The notes: generated by a model from the sequence alone, not told the origin. Counted from the whole stretch's first letter, positions 49,642-62,174 are shown. The stretch: 63,202 nt of DNA, filler included, from Globobulimina sp. (GCA_003354225.1; 56 parts of 56 records of this genome joined end to end with filler, not necessarily neighbours in it), one strand, 5' to 3'. Made by a program: numbers and translations.

Positions 49642-50524
49642 TTGTATTCNNNNNNNNNNNNNNNNNNNNNNNNNNNNNNNNNNNNNNNNNNNNTTAATTA
49701 ATTAANNNNNNNNNNNNNNNNNNNNNNNNNNNNNNNNNNNNNNNNNNNNAATTATAAAGAATAAATAAAGAATAAACAAAAATTTCAGTCAGTCGGGTTC
49801 GAACCGATCGGTGTCATGCGTAATATTGTTTGTCGTAAGAAGAACATAGTAAGACTTTTTGTTTCTATTTGTTTTTGACCTTTATAATGCATTTGCAGGC
49901 CGGTTGCTGACCAAATAAAAACAAGGTGGCATGAAAAACGGGCAAAAACAGGGGGAAAAGGCCTTTTTCCGCATAAATCGATTTTTGGTCACCCTAAAAT
50001 TTTTCATAACATGGATATGTAATATATCATTCGAAAGCTCTTGTTAAGGGCTAAAATCTGTAGGAAACGGATTTTTGATTAGACTCTTAGTTGGCGCGTA
50101 AACGACGATTATATTTGACCAGTCGATGTTGAACTGCATGACGGATATCGATCGAGCAGCGATATTACAGAAGCAGGTAAATTTTTTGCATCGATCGACC
50201 CAGAATTGGATAGAGCGTTGCAAGGCGATCATTTTGGGTTTTTTTCTGACCAGTTTCGACCGCCTGCTGGTCAACTACGTCCAATTTTGTGAAAAAGTGA
50301 ATGTTGAAAAATGGGTGTTTTGGGGTCCTTACTTCCGACGGCTGTAGCTATGCGACGATAAGGCATTAGAGGGCGATATTTTTTTAAAAAATGTAGCTTG
50401 TGATCCAAGGAAGACGATAGTGCAAGAATTAGCTTCTTGGCTTGCTGTGATCCGGTATGGCGCGCTTTTGAAAAACAGGTAAAAATTGCCCCTGAGTTTT
50501 TTATAAAAATTGTTTCGTCCTGCC

Positions 50525-50540
50525 GCCACCAGGGGGCGCT
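50525..50540 (+). promoter_or_regulatory. CTCF consensus-like motif
   Basis: GCCACCAGGGGGCGCT matches the core of the established CTCF consensus. Confidence 0.45.
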
Positions 50541-50881
50541 GTTGGGTAATATATATTGTGTTGTGTACCCAATAGGTACCCCTACCCACCCACCAAGTTT
50601 AATCCCCTTAGCCACTCCCAGCCCTGTATGAGATAACTTTTGCTATGTGTGACATCACATATTTTGGCCATATATGAGAGTTGGGCTCCCCCCCTAGTCC
50701 AGACTAAAAGAAGAAATAAATCAATGAGCAAACAATATCATATAATTCATATAATATAACTGATTGGTACAATAATCAGNNNNNNNNNNNNNNNNNNNNN
50801 NNNNNNNNNNNNNNNNNNNNNNNTTAATTAATTAANNNNNNNNNNNNNNNNNNNNNNNNNNNNNNNNNNNNNNNNNNNNAA

Positions 50882-51766
50882 GTGGCAGAGTCTGTACTGC
50901 AACAAAGAGATTTAGAAACTGCAAATAATACATTACGCTCACCAGATTATGGACGATTAATAAACGCATTTATGAGACAAGAAAAACAAAATGGTACAAT
51001 TGCAGCCGCAGCAAAAAGATTTGATTGTGATCAGAATTTCAAAAAGCAAATCAAAGCAACATATTCAAACATGATCGCTTCAATGATTGCTTCTGTGATT
51101 CATAAAGAAAGAAAACGTCCAAACGGCGGCCATGTTGTTTTTCTAAACAATAAAACGTATTTAAATCAAGCTGTGTTGCAATATTTGCAAATTGCTGACA
51201 ATGCACTTGAAATTGCAGCATTCACTGTTGTTGAATTAAAAAGTAATAATTTGGATTCATTACAACAGTTTTTAATTTATGGTATTGTAGCATTATCCAT
51301 TGCTGATAATCAGTTTACGCGGTTAGATGATGAGACATTTGGTACGCCGTTCGCTTTGCAGTGTGTTGATGTTTCTAATAATCCAATTCGCGGAGTTATT
51401 GATTTCAAGGCATGCAATGCTACTCTTTCAATGCCAGAGTGGTTCATTATGGAAGGATGTAAATTTGTAACAAGACTCGTAAACATACCCAATGCATTAC
51501 TAGCTCTTAACATTGTTGATTCGGGGATTACATCGCCAGAGCAATTAGAATTTGAGGATGGAATCGGATTGAAAGTTATTCGAACAAATCTTAATCAAAC
51601 AAAAGAGTGGCAAACGTTTTTCGGTCAAAATAGAACATTTGTTGACAATGGCACAGATTTTGATGACGTTTATATTTATATCAATTATATCGATGATAAC
51701 ATCACAAGAAGCTACCAATATTACGAGGAAATGCAGAGTAAGACCACCTGTAATATGACGAATTGA
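50882..51766 (+). CDS. Leucine-rich repeat protein, 5'-truncated
   Basis: LQYLQIADNAL, VELKSNNL, LSIADNQF, VDVSNNPI. Confidence 0.7.
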   Translation: MAESVLQQRDLETANNTLRSPDYGRLINAFMRQEKQNGTIAAAAKRFDCDQNFKKQIKATYSNMIASMIASVIHKERKRPNGGHVVFLNNKTYLNQAVLQYLQIADNALEIAAFTVVELKSNNLDSLQQFLIYGIVALSIADNQFTRLDDETFGTPFALQCVDVSNNPIRGVIDFKACNATLSMPEWFIMEGCKFVTRLVNIPNALLALNIVDSGITSPEQLEFEDGIGLKVIRTNLNQTKEWQTFFGQNRTFVDNGTDFDDVYIYINYIDDNITRSYQYYEEMQSKTTCNMTN

Positions 51767-52009
51767 TTTATATACATTTAAAGAAATATAATTCATTTCA
51801 ATTGCTTGACAATATAGCAAAGTTCATGACTCTTATTGCATCGTTCCATCTTATTGGCCCATACGATCCACGGTATGTTTCCAAAACAAATGGGTTCAAA
51901 TTGCTGCAGNNNNNNNNNNNNNNNNNNNNNNNNNNNNNNNNNNNNNNNNNNNNTTAATTAATTAANNNNNNNNNNNNNNNNNNNNNNNNNNNNNNNNNNN
52001 NNNNNNNNN

Positions 52010-52812
52010 ATTTTAAATACGAAAATAAGATCTGCATTAAATCATTGCTGTCGTACCAAGGATATGGCACTGTTACTTTATGAATGGAGGCGCGAATTTG
52101 CTGTTGGATTTTGCAAATATTCTCTTTATCTTTTTTCCGATCCAATGTTAACGGATATATCCGGTAAATAAAATCATTTTGTTTCTCTATAAAACAGCCG
52201 TATTCTTTGCTCATTATATCCAAAATTACGCGCGGGATTTTGGTGTCTAATGTTATTGGAATTGCGTTCTTATGTTTTTATATATGGAAATTTCGGGAAA
52301 TATATCGCCAAAAACACAATGTAAGTAACTTGTGAATAATATATATAAATTTGCATGGCGACATCTACAGCGTTGCCGTCGCCACTTATGCTAATTTGGT
52401 AATATTGTGAGGGATAAAAGGAGGATAAAAAGGAAGTGTTAGCTACGATTTCTTGTTCCTCGCCTGGGTGGGTTGATATTTTCTGCTTTGTTATGGTTGA
52501 TAGGGTGTCGATTTTCGCATTGCTTATACTCTCTATTCGTGCGATTATTAAGTCGGGCAGTTTGTAACATTGATCATGTAATGTGATGCTACGTTGTTGC
52601 CAAGGAGCTAATGATTGGGAAGATTGTTGTTTGGGTGTGCTTGTTTTGTGGTTATTGTGCACAGAAACGGAATCATTTATGTTGTATTTGCTAGGAATTG
52701 GTAAGGAAGCTGTTGTTGTTTTATGTCTAATACATCTGTTGATGATTGTAGTTGTTGTAAATCTATAATATATGCAGTGGTTTATACGTCTCACAATTTT
52801 AACTGGCATTAT
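52010..52812 (-). CDS. Possible KH-like domain protein with an intron, partial
   Basis: IARIESISNAKI...ISISGDGNAVDVA resembles a degenerate KH fold. Confidence 0.3.
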
Positions 52813-53139
52813 AAATCCGAGGATATATAGAGAACGCCGATCAAGCAAGTTTTTCATTAATTATTGCTTTATGTCAAATTTCATTAATCATGTCAAATTT
52901 CTTCACAATATTGCTTTATCTATTCATTAGTTATGACATTTGCATAATCTATTCACAAAACACAAATAATATATATGCAAAAAACGTAGACACACGAAGT
53001 CCTACAATATCATTGCAATCCTCATTTCTCCCAACACCANNNNNNNNNNNNNNNNNNNNNNNNNNNNNNNNNNNNNNNNNNNNTTAATTAATTAANNNNN
53101 NNNNNNNNNNNNNNNNNNNNNNNNNNNNNNNNNNNNNNN

Positions 53140-54169
53140 GCTATCGACAAATTGGAAGTACCAATTGCTAATGTTAATCCGACGATTATCACGCAAATGT
53201 TGACCAAAACATTCCAACAGTCAGCTTGTATGGGAAATTTTACATCAGATGCATTTTACGGAGGTAAAGTTACAACTGGATTGAATGAGGAACAACAAAA
53301 AGCAAAAGACTGGAATGGTTGGCGTTTGCCTTGGGGTACCGAAGGATTTTCACTGGCTTATTTAGCAGTACGTGGTACAGAAGAAAGTGTTGATGGAGAA
53401 AGCCGAATGAACATGAATCAAATTCGACAAACCATAGTATTGGTATGGTATATCTGCAAAGTAATGAAAGCATTTCCACCAGAAAGCGTCAGGATTTTGA
53501 CACCATATGCAGGTACAGTTGCAATTGTGGAAGACTTATTAGCACATTCTTGGAATAATGCAAGCATTCGACCTCGCTGCAAGACTGTCGATTCCGCTCA
53601 AGGTCAAGAATATCCTTGCGTAATTTTCTTGACAGTACGTTGTGCAAGTTTGGATCACTTGGCAAAATTTTGGTCAATGTATGGATTACGAGAACGAAAT
53701 TCAACAGATCCTGAATTCGAACGCCATTATCCAAACTACCAACACACAGTAATTCCAATGTACACAAAGGTATGGTTTACTGGATTTTTACAGAACTTGA
53801 ATCGAATTAACGTAGCAACGAGTCGGCATCAAAATGCATTGATTATACTTGGAGATCCCTTGACAGGCGATCTCAGTTTGCCTTTATACCAACTTAGTCG
53901 TTGGGCATTGGCAAATCATGCATTATTTGAAGATGGTGTCGCAGCATGGATTAGGATATCGGAACACAACAGAAATCATTGGTATAACAAGGAACACCAA
54001 ATGAAACCATTGAGTGTGATTCGTGACGAATCAACAGCAAAATGGGGAGAACATCCACCATTGACCATGTGCAAAATTGACGCATTGGAGAAATGGATGT
54101 ATGAAGAGCCTAAATTCCCTCAAGCTCAAAAAGAGGAAGTATTGGTACCTCAACAACGAGAAATGAAAG
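53140..54169 (+). CDS. Superfamily 1 helicase C-terminal domain (UPF1/DNA2-like, AAA_12), internal fragment
   Basis: ILTPYAG, TVDSAQGQEY, GFL..LNRINVATSR..LIILGD. Confidence 0.85.
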
Positions 54170-54387
54170 NNNNNNNNNNNNNNNNNNNNNNNNNNNNNNN
54201 NNNNNNNNNNNNNTTAATTAATTAANNNNNNNNNNNNNNNNNNNNNNNNNNNNNNNNNNNNNNNNNNNNCAAGGAGATAGACTTATGGTTGAGCGCCATG
54301 CTCGCTAACTATTAATTTACAGATAAATTACAAAAGTTTTTTTTTCTTCAATTATCAAAGCGTTCATTGAAGAAATGAACTAAAAGC

Positions 54388-54424
54388 AAAAACCCTAATG
54401 CTCTGCCAATTGAGCTAGGTGTCC
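54388..54424 (-). tRNA. 5' half of a tRNA-like sequence (3' half absent from the contig)
   Basis: GGACACC-TA-GCTC-AATTGGCA-GAGC-A-TTAGG gives acceptor strand, D-arm/A-box and 5' anticodon stem; no T-arm in the remaining ~120 nt. Confidence 0.5.
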
Positions 54425-54906
54425 ATTTTTCTTATTTGTAGCATTTTCCATTATTAAAAAAGTAAATCTGGAGAAGCGATTTTTAGATTGCTTTGAATCG
54501 GTTTCATATGAATTTAATACTAAATTGGGTTAAATTCATTAATGGGAAACCGATTTAAAGTTGGCAAACTAAAGCGGAAGTGACATGTAATTAACTTTGA
54601 AAGTACTCGAGTTAAGAAAAAGTTAGTTGACTTTGGTCTAATGTGAGCTGTCCCAAACCAAAAGAAAACATAAGTTATCAATAATGGCCGTGGGCACAAT
54701 CTGAATCAACTTTGTCACACGTGACACACGTCATTGATAAAACATATCCTTGCACTGTTATCATTCACTTTTTTTAATAACATTAATAATTAACTGTTTA
54801 ATAATCATTTATATACAACAATTTAAGATACTACATAAAATGAAACAATTTATAACTCAGCGGCCAGCTAGAATACCTGCGCCATCTTTTAAGATATAAA
54901 TGAAAC

Positions 54907-55299
54907 ATGTCTTCTCCTCAATTTGCTCACGATTCGCTGTCACCACACACTAGACTCGCAGACTTAGTCACAACACCATCCAGAAGAACAACAACAACAC
55001 AAGAGCAATTCACGCCGTCAGACAGTTACAATTTAGTAAAGTTCTCAATGTTTATCCTCGGAATTGGTACACTATTATCCCCAAACGCATTATTATTATG
55101 TGCCAGCTATTATGACCAACAATATCCAAATATATCCAACCTGATATATTATATAATGCCAACATACTCCATTTCAAACATAACATTGACAATAATTTTG
55201 ACAAAATCAAAATGGTGAACAAAACTATCGTTTACATTTAGAATCGTGATATCATTTTTGTTATCAGCAATCACTGTAATTTGTTTGGCTCAAAGCAAT
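54907..55299 (+). CDS. Equilibrative nucleoside transporter N-terminus, with in-frame TGA at 55216
   Basis: FILGIGTLLSPNALLLCASYY (TM1); after the TGA the frame continues TKLSFTFRIVISFLL (TM3-like). Confidence 0.7.
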
Positions 55300-55455
55300 N
55301 NNNNNNNNNNNNNNNNNNNNNNNNNNNNNNNNNNNNNNNNNNNTTAATTAATTAANNNNNNNNNNNNNNNNNNNNNNNNNNNNNNNNNNNNNNNNNNNNA
55401 CAAAGCAAAAAAAAAACGCAAAAACACAAAATATAAATGAATGTATATAATGAAA

Positions 55456-56349
55456 TTATGCATTTGGTTGCGTCGGACATGAAGCAGCAGTCAAACGCGT
55501 GAGAGCTTGCCAAGTACATAAAATAATTGCAAAACATGATACAATTGCAACGATTAAGGCTGCAGTATTCCGCACTGTATAACCTTTATGATATCGGATT
55601 TTATAATAAAAAAAACCCGGCAATGTAAATGCAATCAGAAAACCAACCGTTGAACCTAACAATCCCCACAATACCATCACAGACTGAGTTAAAAATGATA
55701 CTAATAAGCTACTACAAATCATTATAATTGTCTCTATTATCAACCATACTGTGGATGGTTTATAATTTATGGCAGACTCCAAATTTTTAAATGGTTTTAT
55801 AAACGGTTTTTCTTGCAACAATAACATATCATTTGGTTCATTTATTACACCCAAAGCATCGGTGGGTTGTCTTAATGGGGAATCTAAGTAAGAAAAGGAA
55901 CGCGTTGAAAAACTCATACTGGTTTCTTTTGCTTTGATTCTGCCATCCTCTGGATCAGCATCTGACATTTTGGAATATATCACAGCCGCACTATCCAATG
56001 AATGGTTGGAATCCGCATTATTATCCACATCTGATTGTTTCGCAACATTCGTATTGGTATTTAATTGTTGGACTTGCAATAAATTTGAGGATTTTTGGGT
56101 TGTTTCATTATCATTGTCATTGATATGCGCATGGAGGCTCTCAGCAATTATTGGGTTGCTATCATTATTTTGTTGCAAGTTCATATTTTTACAGGAACAG
56201 ACTTCATTTAACATATTATGTAACGAGGTGCGTGTTGGTAATATCAATAAGGGAAAAGTGAATAAAATTACACATCCAAGGCATAATCTGCCAATAGTGA
56301 CAATAGGATCGTCTGTCCGGTAGTTGAGCAGGATATTGCCGCAGGTGTA
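55456..56349 (-). CDS. Amino acid transporter (AAAP/SLC38-like), last exon
   Basis: GNILLNY..DPIVTIGRL..FPLLILPTR; VLWGLLGSTVGFLIAFTLPGFFY. Confidence 0.85.
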   Translation of the reverse strand, partial: YTCGNILLNYRTDDPIVTIGRLCLGCVILFTFPLLILPTRTSLHNMLNEVCSCKNMNLQQNNDSNPIIAESLHAHINDNDNETTQKSSNLLQVQQLNTNTNVAKQSDVDNNADSNHSLDSAAVIYSKMSDADPEDGRIKAKETSMSFSTRSFSYLDSPLRQPTDALGVINEPNDMLLLQEKPFIKPFKNLESAINYKPSTVWLIIETIIMICSSLLVSFLTQSVMVLWGLLGSTVGFLIAFTLPGFFYYKIRYHKGYTVRNTAALIVAIVSCFAIILCTWQALTRLTAASCPTQPNA

Positions 56350-56661
56350 CTTTTATTATGACATTACACAAAATAAAAACATTGGCATTGACGTTGACAT
56401 TGAGCATTGAGTCAGTAACAGACAAGTTNNNNNNNNNNNNNNNNNNNNNNNNNNNNNNNNNNNNNNNNNNNNTTAATTAATTAANNNNNNNNNNNNNNNN
56501 NNNNNNNNNNNNNNNNNNNNNNNNNNNNTTTACAACTCTTCATACCTGATTGATTTTGCCTGATCCTTTCATTCTTTCTGATGAGATGTCTGTCCCACTG
56601 AAGCTGTTATTGTAAATTGATCGCTTCAGTTCAAATTCTTTACTGTCTCTCGTTTCTCCAT

Positions 56662-57489
56662 TTAGCAACAAACCCATTTCGTCAGATGCGGAAAAGTAGT
56701 TGTTGTAGTTTTAGATTTAAAACCTTTCATATTCTTACCCAGTACAAGAAATGGTAAATCTTCTTTAGTCTGTTTTTCAAGTCCATGTAACAAAGCTGAG
56801 CGGGACAAATCATAAGAAATAGGACATGATCCAAGTTCTTTCTCAATTGCTGCTTTTGAGTTGTTGACAACAAGTTCAAATCCACAGCTTTTGCCTGATG
56901 CGGGGTTGCCACACATCTAGAACTTTCCAAAATAATTTCAATTTAATCATTTCACAAAATTTTAAAAGATTCCTAATGCAGATTTCACAACCTTAAGAAT
57001 TTCTTAATCAAATTACAATAAAATATCATGGTGCATTTTCCGATAATTATATTTTTCAATATCTGTATGGCATACTAACTGGACACATAGATAGGTGGAC
57101 CAAACTAAGACCAGGACCATCTGCTCTCTAGACCATTTTATCACAAAAACTTCTAAAGGGTGGATATGTAACAAGAAATAAGAGATTTTTTTCTTACCTA
57201 CCAATAAATATAAATTTGTGCGACCAGGCTTAATCATTCCACTCTGAATCTTTGTTTCCTTCCCAGTCACTGCACCACACATCACAAAAAACGGCACAAG
57301 CACATATTCCAATTCTGTTTGGTGTGCCCAACTATATTCAATTAATCTTCTTAGATCCAAATCATCTATGATATCACTCCAGTTTAATTCTTTTTCTAAT
57401 TGTGCTTTGCCATTTGCTATGTCAACACAATCCTGAACTGAATATTTTGCCGCCATTTCAGATAGTTTCAGGTTATTAATATTGTCCAA
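56662..57489 (-). CDS. DUF3987/YfjI-like P-loop protein, spliced, partial
   Basis: EYVLVPFF..CG..TNLYLLV, then after an intron CGNPASGKS (Walker A). Confidence 0.5.
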
Positions 57490-57657
57490 TAGTATTTCAG
57501 GAATTTAGCAATTGTGGGAAAAATGACGTGCGCTTATTACACAGTCAAACTATAATTNNNNNNNNNNNNNNNNNNNNNNNNNNNNNNNNNNNNNNNNNNN
57601 NTTAATTAATTAANNNNNNNNNNNNNNNNNNNNNNNNNNNNNNNNNNNNNNNNNNNN

Positions 57658-58686
57658 AAAAAGGCACGCAAATTGAGATAAACTTGAAATGTTACTTTAA
57701 CGGTATGATGATAGCGCATCGAATCTTTGCCCAAAAAATCCAATGTTATCTATCATTCCATAGCACAAATCATAAAAAAAAAATTAATTACTTCATGTTC
57801 CAGACACTTCAACGGAACGTTATTTAAAAAAAAGATCAACATACTCTATAATTCTTTTTTTTATTATTGGCCTCATTGATGGGTATATCGTCATCATCGT
57901 CGCTCGATTCCTCGCCATCAGCATTACCATCCTTTGCCTCATTCATTTCCCCGGGCTCTATCAACGTGATATGTTCCTTACGCAACGAACAAACGCCGAC
58001 GGTGTCCGCCTCTTCGTCCGTATCCTTTTCATTGCCGACACGAATGGACAGCTTATCGATCATCCAAACGGCCGTCGCCAATTGCTTAATCATCATATTT
58101 TTGGCGGTTAATTTCGATTCATAGTCTTGCCGAATCGCATCGATTTTCGTTTTCAAAACGCGTGCTTTCTCGTACTTATTGCGGTCATTCTGCCCTTTGA
58201 AGCGCGAGGAAGCGCCGAGATACACAAACTTGTGCTGGCCATTGATGTTTTCGACCCATTTTGCGATGTAAGTCACGGTCTTATCGTGGCAGATGCCGCC
58301 CCATTGCTGTCCTGGAATGGGGCACGGCGGAATGGGCGTATTCTCGCCGATGTTGAGGATGATGTGTTTGGGCAAAATCCTTCGTTTCAACTGGCCCATT
58401 TTTGGATGCGTCCCCCGTCCACGAAATAAACCTGGCGGCTCCACCTTGTAATTGCCCACTTTCTCGCGGATCCCATCCACTGAATACGTAAAATAAAATA
58501 GTTTTTGTCGGGGAATGTGTGCTTAATAACAAACCTAAAGCAAATCCAAACAGATTGTCAAATTTAGCTCGCTCTTCTTTCAATTTATCCTTATATACTT
58601 GCTCTTTTTTCTTGGCTTTCTCGTTTTCTTTCTTTTCTTGATACCAATTGTACATCGCTCGGAAGTCACATTTGGCCAAATCTTTG
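57658..58686 (-). CDS. TOP1: DNA topoisomerase IB, internal fragment with two short introns
   Basis: DGIREKVGNYKVEPPGLFRGRG.HPKMG, KYEKAR, IDKLSIRVGNEKD, ADTVGVCSLR, TLDFLGKDS. Confidence 0.97.
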
Positions 58687-59915
58687 NNNNNNNNNNNNNN
58701 NNNNNNNNNNNNNNNNNNNNNNNNNNNNNNTTAATTAATTAANNNNNNNNNNNNNNNNNNNNNNNNNNNNNNNNNNNNNNNNNNNNAAACTTGAAAACAA
58801 GTCCAAAATTAATGTTTGCACATCTTTTTGCGTTCCTAGTTAACATCTAACATGTTTGTTGCACGCAAATTTGTAAAATCATCAAAATTGCCGATACTTA
58901 AATCAGTATAACTCAAAATGCCACATTTCGATTTCAGTTATTTTTAAATCACTTATAGGCTGCCATGTGGGCTACATTCCCTGAAAAAATGGTTTCCTGC
59001 AAACTATAAGTGGCCAAGTTATAAGGAAAAATGGTAAAAAATTGAAGCATTGATTTTTGCGGTTTTTAAGGTTCCGACCCTGAATCAGGTTAAAAAAACT
59101 GAATTTTGTAAACATTGAATACACCATTCGATAGAGATTCGAAAGAGCTATCTTTTAGTGCAAGTCCCATGTTTCTACAATACCATTTGGCAACGCTACC
59201 ACTATTTGAACACAACTGGGTATGTTTGTAAAAAAATGCCGAAGCAGCTAACTTTGGCGCTGCCGTACCCAGCGATGAAAGGTTGCCAGGTTCTCAAACT
59301 TGGTATGTAATCTTACATTTATATATACTATCGAAAAGAGAGAAAAAAGTTGGGGGTCAATTTTTTTTGGTCCGCTTTATTATTGGACCATAGACCACTT
59401 TCAAAATAATGGCTGTTAATACCATGCAGTAATAGTTGTTGATTTAAATAAAAAACTTGAGACTGTCTCCACCTGTAGTCTAATATACATCCAAATATCA
59501 TTGTTGTGAAATATGTCTACAATATACGCTCCAGGTGACTTATATTTTGGATGGCCTTCTTTCTATAGGCAAAAGGTATACGGTCATGTCAAACATCGAG
59601 AGTTTCGTCACACTCCAGGTAGAAACTCGGTTTTTATAAAATACCGTAATATATGTTTTCCCATAGACCCTAACAAGATCACTATACCATTGAACGCTTG
59701 TCAAAGATTGGACGAGATTTTGGTTCCAGATAGAGCTACATTGGAAAACCGCACAATATTCCATGAAAACCCTATACTCATAGGCTTGTATTTGTCAAGC
59801 ACAATATGGATTCATNNNNNNNNNNNNNNNNNNNNNNNNNNNNNNNNNNNNNNNNNNNNTTAATTAATTAANNNNNNNNNNNNNNNNNNNNNNNNNNNNN
59901 NNNNNNNNNNNNNNN

Positions 59916-60944
59916 CGCTCTCCCTTCACAAATAAATATAACTCTTATGCCATATAATTTTTTCAGAAATCTAAACTGTTGATTTGTATCATATTCAACA
60001 GTTCGAAAATTGAATCCAGTTGAAATAGTATCAGGTTTGCCATCAATTCGACTCATAATATATTTTGGATTGCAATCATTTAAACTGTTGTCCAAATTGC
60101 AATTCCACACAGATGATACTAGTATTATTGCGCCACGTTCTGCCACTTGGTAATAACTTGTAATTGCTCCATCCGTTGCGTTGCTGGAAGTAAATAATCG
60201 GTTTTATAAAATATGATTCAATGCTATGACAAAAAGTATTAAATGTACGATAAAGTTCTTTTTAACGTAACATTATACTCTTTGTGAATTGTGATACATT
60301 ATCATATTATATAAAAGCACCATAACCTTAATATTTCATCAATTGTAAATAAATTATACCCAAATTCAGGCGCACCTGTACCCAATCTATCATATGTATT
60401 ACCTCTCTCCACTCCAAATCTATCAAAGCTTACATCAATTTTTACAAACACTGTGAATGCCCCAATATTATGAATGATATCAACCATTGTATCGTTTTCT
60501 AGAGGACACCAGGAGTACTGATGTTGATCAACACACATTTTTTAAACGTTAACACAAAACATATACAAAAAATCATACCATTTCGCAACGATTATTGTCA
60601 CCGCAAGTGCCAGTAAATAAACCTTCAGATTCAGGAGAGAACAATTCTTGTTGGCATGCTGTGATATTAGTAATGCTGCACGATGGCACATTAGCGTTTC
60701 CGTTGCAGAATGTTCTCGTTTGGTTAGGTGTTGTAGTTTGTGCAGTCATTATAAAAAAAACGTTTTCTTCCATTGCTGGTTGAACCAAATCCATAGCATC
60801 CATTATTATTAACTCTTCAAAGTCAACAAAGTTTGAATAATTCCCGATGCATCCAGTGCCTTTAAGTTTTACTGATGTTGTTCCTGTAACATTATCAATT
60901 GCCTGATAACCATTATCCAAATAAATTGTAAATACTACAACATA
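59916..60944 (-). CDS. P2X purinergic receptor, internal fragment with short introns
   Basis: GYQ..D..GTTSVKLKG, EENVFFIMT..TPNQ, TGTC, WCPLE, FTVFVK, WNCNLD, GFNFR, RFLKKLYGIR. Confidence 0.92.
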
Positions 60945-61044
60945 NNNNNNNNNNNNNNNNNNNNNNNNNNNNNNNNNNNNNNNNNNNNTTAATTAATTAA
61001 NNNNNNNNNNNNNNNNNNNNNNNNNNNNNNNNNNNNNNNNNNNN

Positions 61045-62073
61045 TTAATATTATATTGTGATTGGAGTGCTTTATGCAGTCATTTTAGCGGCACATTTCG
61101 TAAAAACAATATATTTGAACCTTTGGAACTAACCAAACAAAGGAATTCAAAATATTTTTATTTTAGCAAATTATTGGCTGAATCTGTTAAAGAGTTTGGT
61201 ATTTGTGGAGGCGATGGCAGAGAGATTGAAAGTGGGCCATTTTTTTGCGGCATTGACTGTGTACTCAATATCCCAACATTTGCCATAACATTTTTAGGGC
61301 CGTGTTCTACGAGCAAACAGATAGAGATTTCAATGAATTTTGCAAAGCGTTCAGGGATAATTATGCAACTTCAAAATGATGGATTTGGTGATATGCAAAT
61401 GTTTTTTGACTGTTCCTGGATTTCAAATTATGCAGAAGAGGATGAACGACTTTTTATGGCTGGAAATTGGGCAATGGCGTTAAGAATGGTATCAATCCGA
61501 ATAATAGACACCAGTCAAAATTATGAGTTATACTGTCATGCTTTTTATTTATTTGATGCAATGGTAACAGGCATTAAATTGGCTGCTAATATGATTATAA
61601 CCGCAACAGACATTGAAATATTAAATCAGTTAATAAATAATAAAGTAAATAATACCAAATATGAGTTTGATCCCTATGTTGTTGATACGTTTGACTTATA
61701 TTGTCATAAAAAAGAACAAATTGTAATAACATTTCGATGGATAAATCAATATTTTTTAAAATTAAGTGATTTAATAATGACAGATATTGTTGATTATGGC
61801 CTAAACAATAAGACATGCGATGATTCTCTCAATTTATTGAAAACACGAATATTTAAAATATTCCCAAACTTAAAGATTGTTCGGATTTTGACAACAACTG
61901 CAGGTTATCCTATAGAAAAAGGAGAATATGAATATCCAATATATAGTTTTTCATTATCATCATTTTTATCAGTAATTGAATGTGGAAAACCATCGATAAC
62001 ATATTATGTATTTGCATTTCGTAAAGAAGACAATAATCATAATTTTATCGGAGTAGTATGGTCAAACGATATT
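61045..62073 (+). CDS. Protein with an ADP-ribosyltransferase-like (R-S-E type) domain, partial
   Basis: LILYC helix, PFFCG at the YRG position, GPCSTS..ISMNFA, SNYAEEDERLF (ExE). Confidence 0.55.
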
Positions 62074-62174
62074 NNNNNNNNNNNNNNNNNNNNNNNNNNN
62101 NNNNNNNNNNNNNNNNNTTAATTAATTAANNNNNNNNNNNNNNNNNNNNNNNNNNNNNNNNNNNNNNNNNNNNA

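Noticed and set aside
1032-62173. Regularly spaced TTAATTAATTAA repeats resembling an array
   Set aside because: Artificial linkers inside N spacers; ORFs ending in X...LIN are artefacts of them
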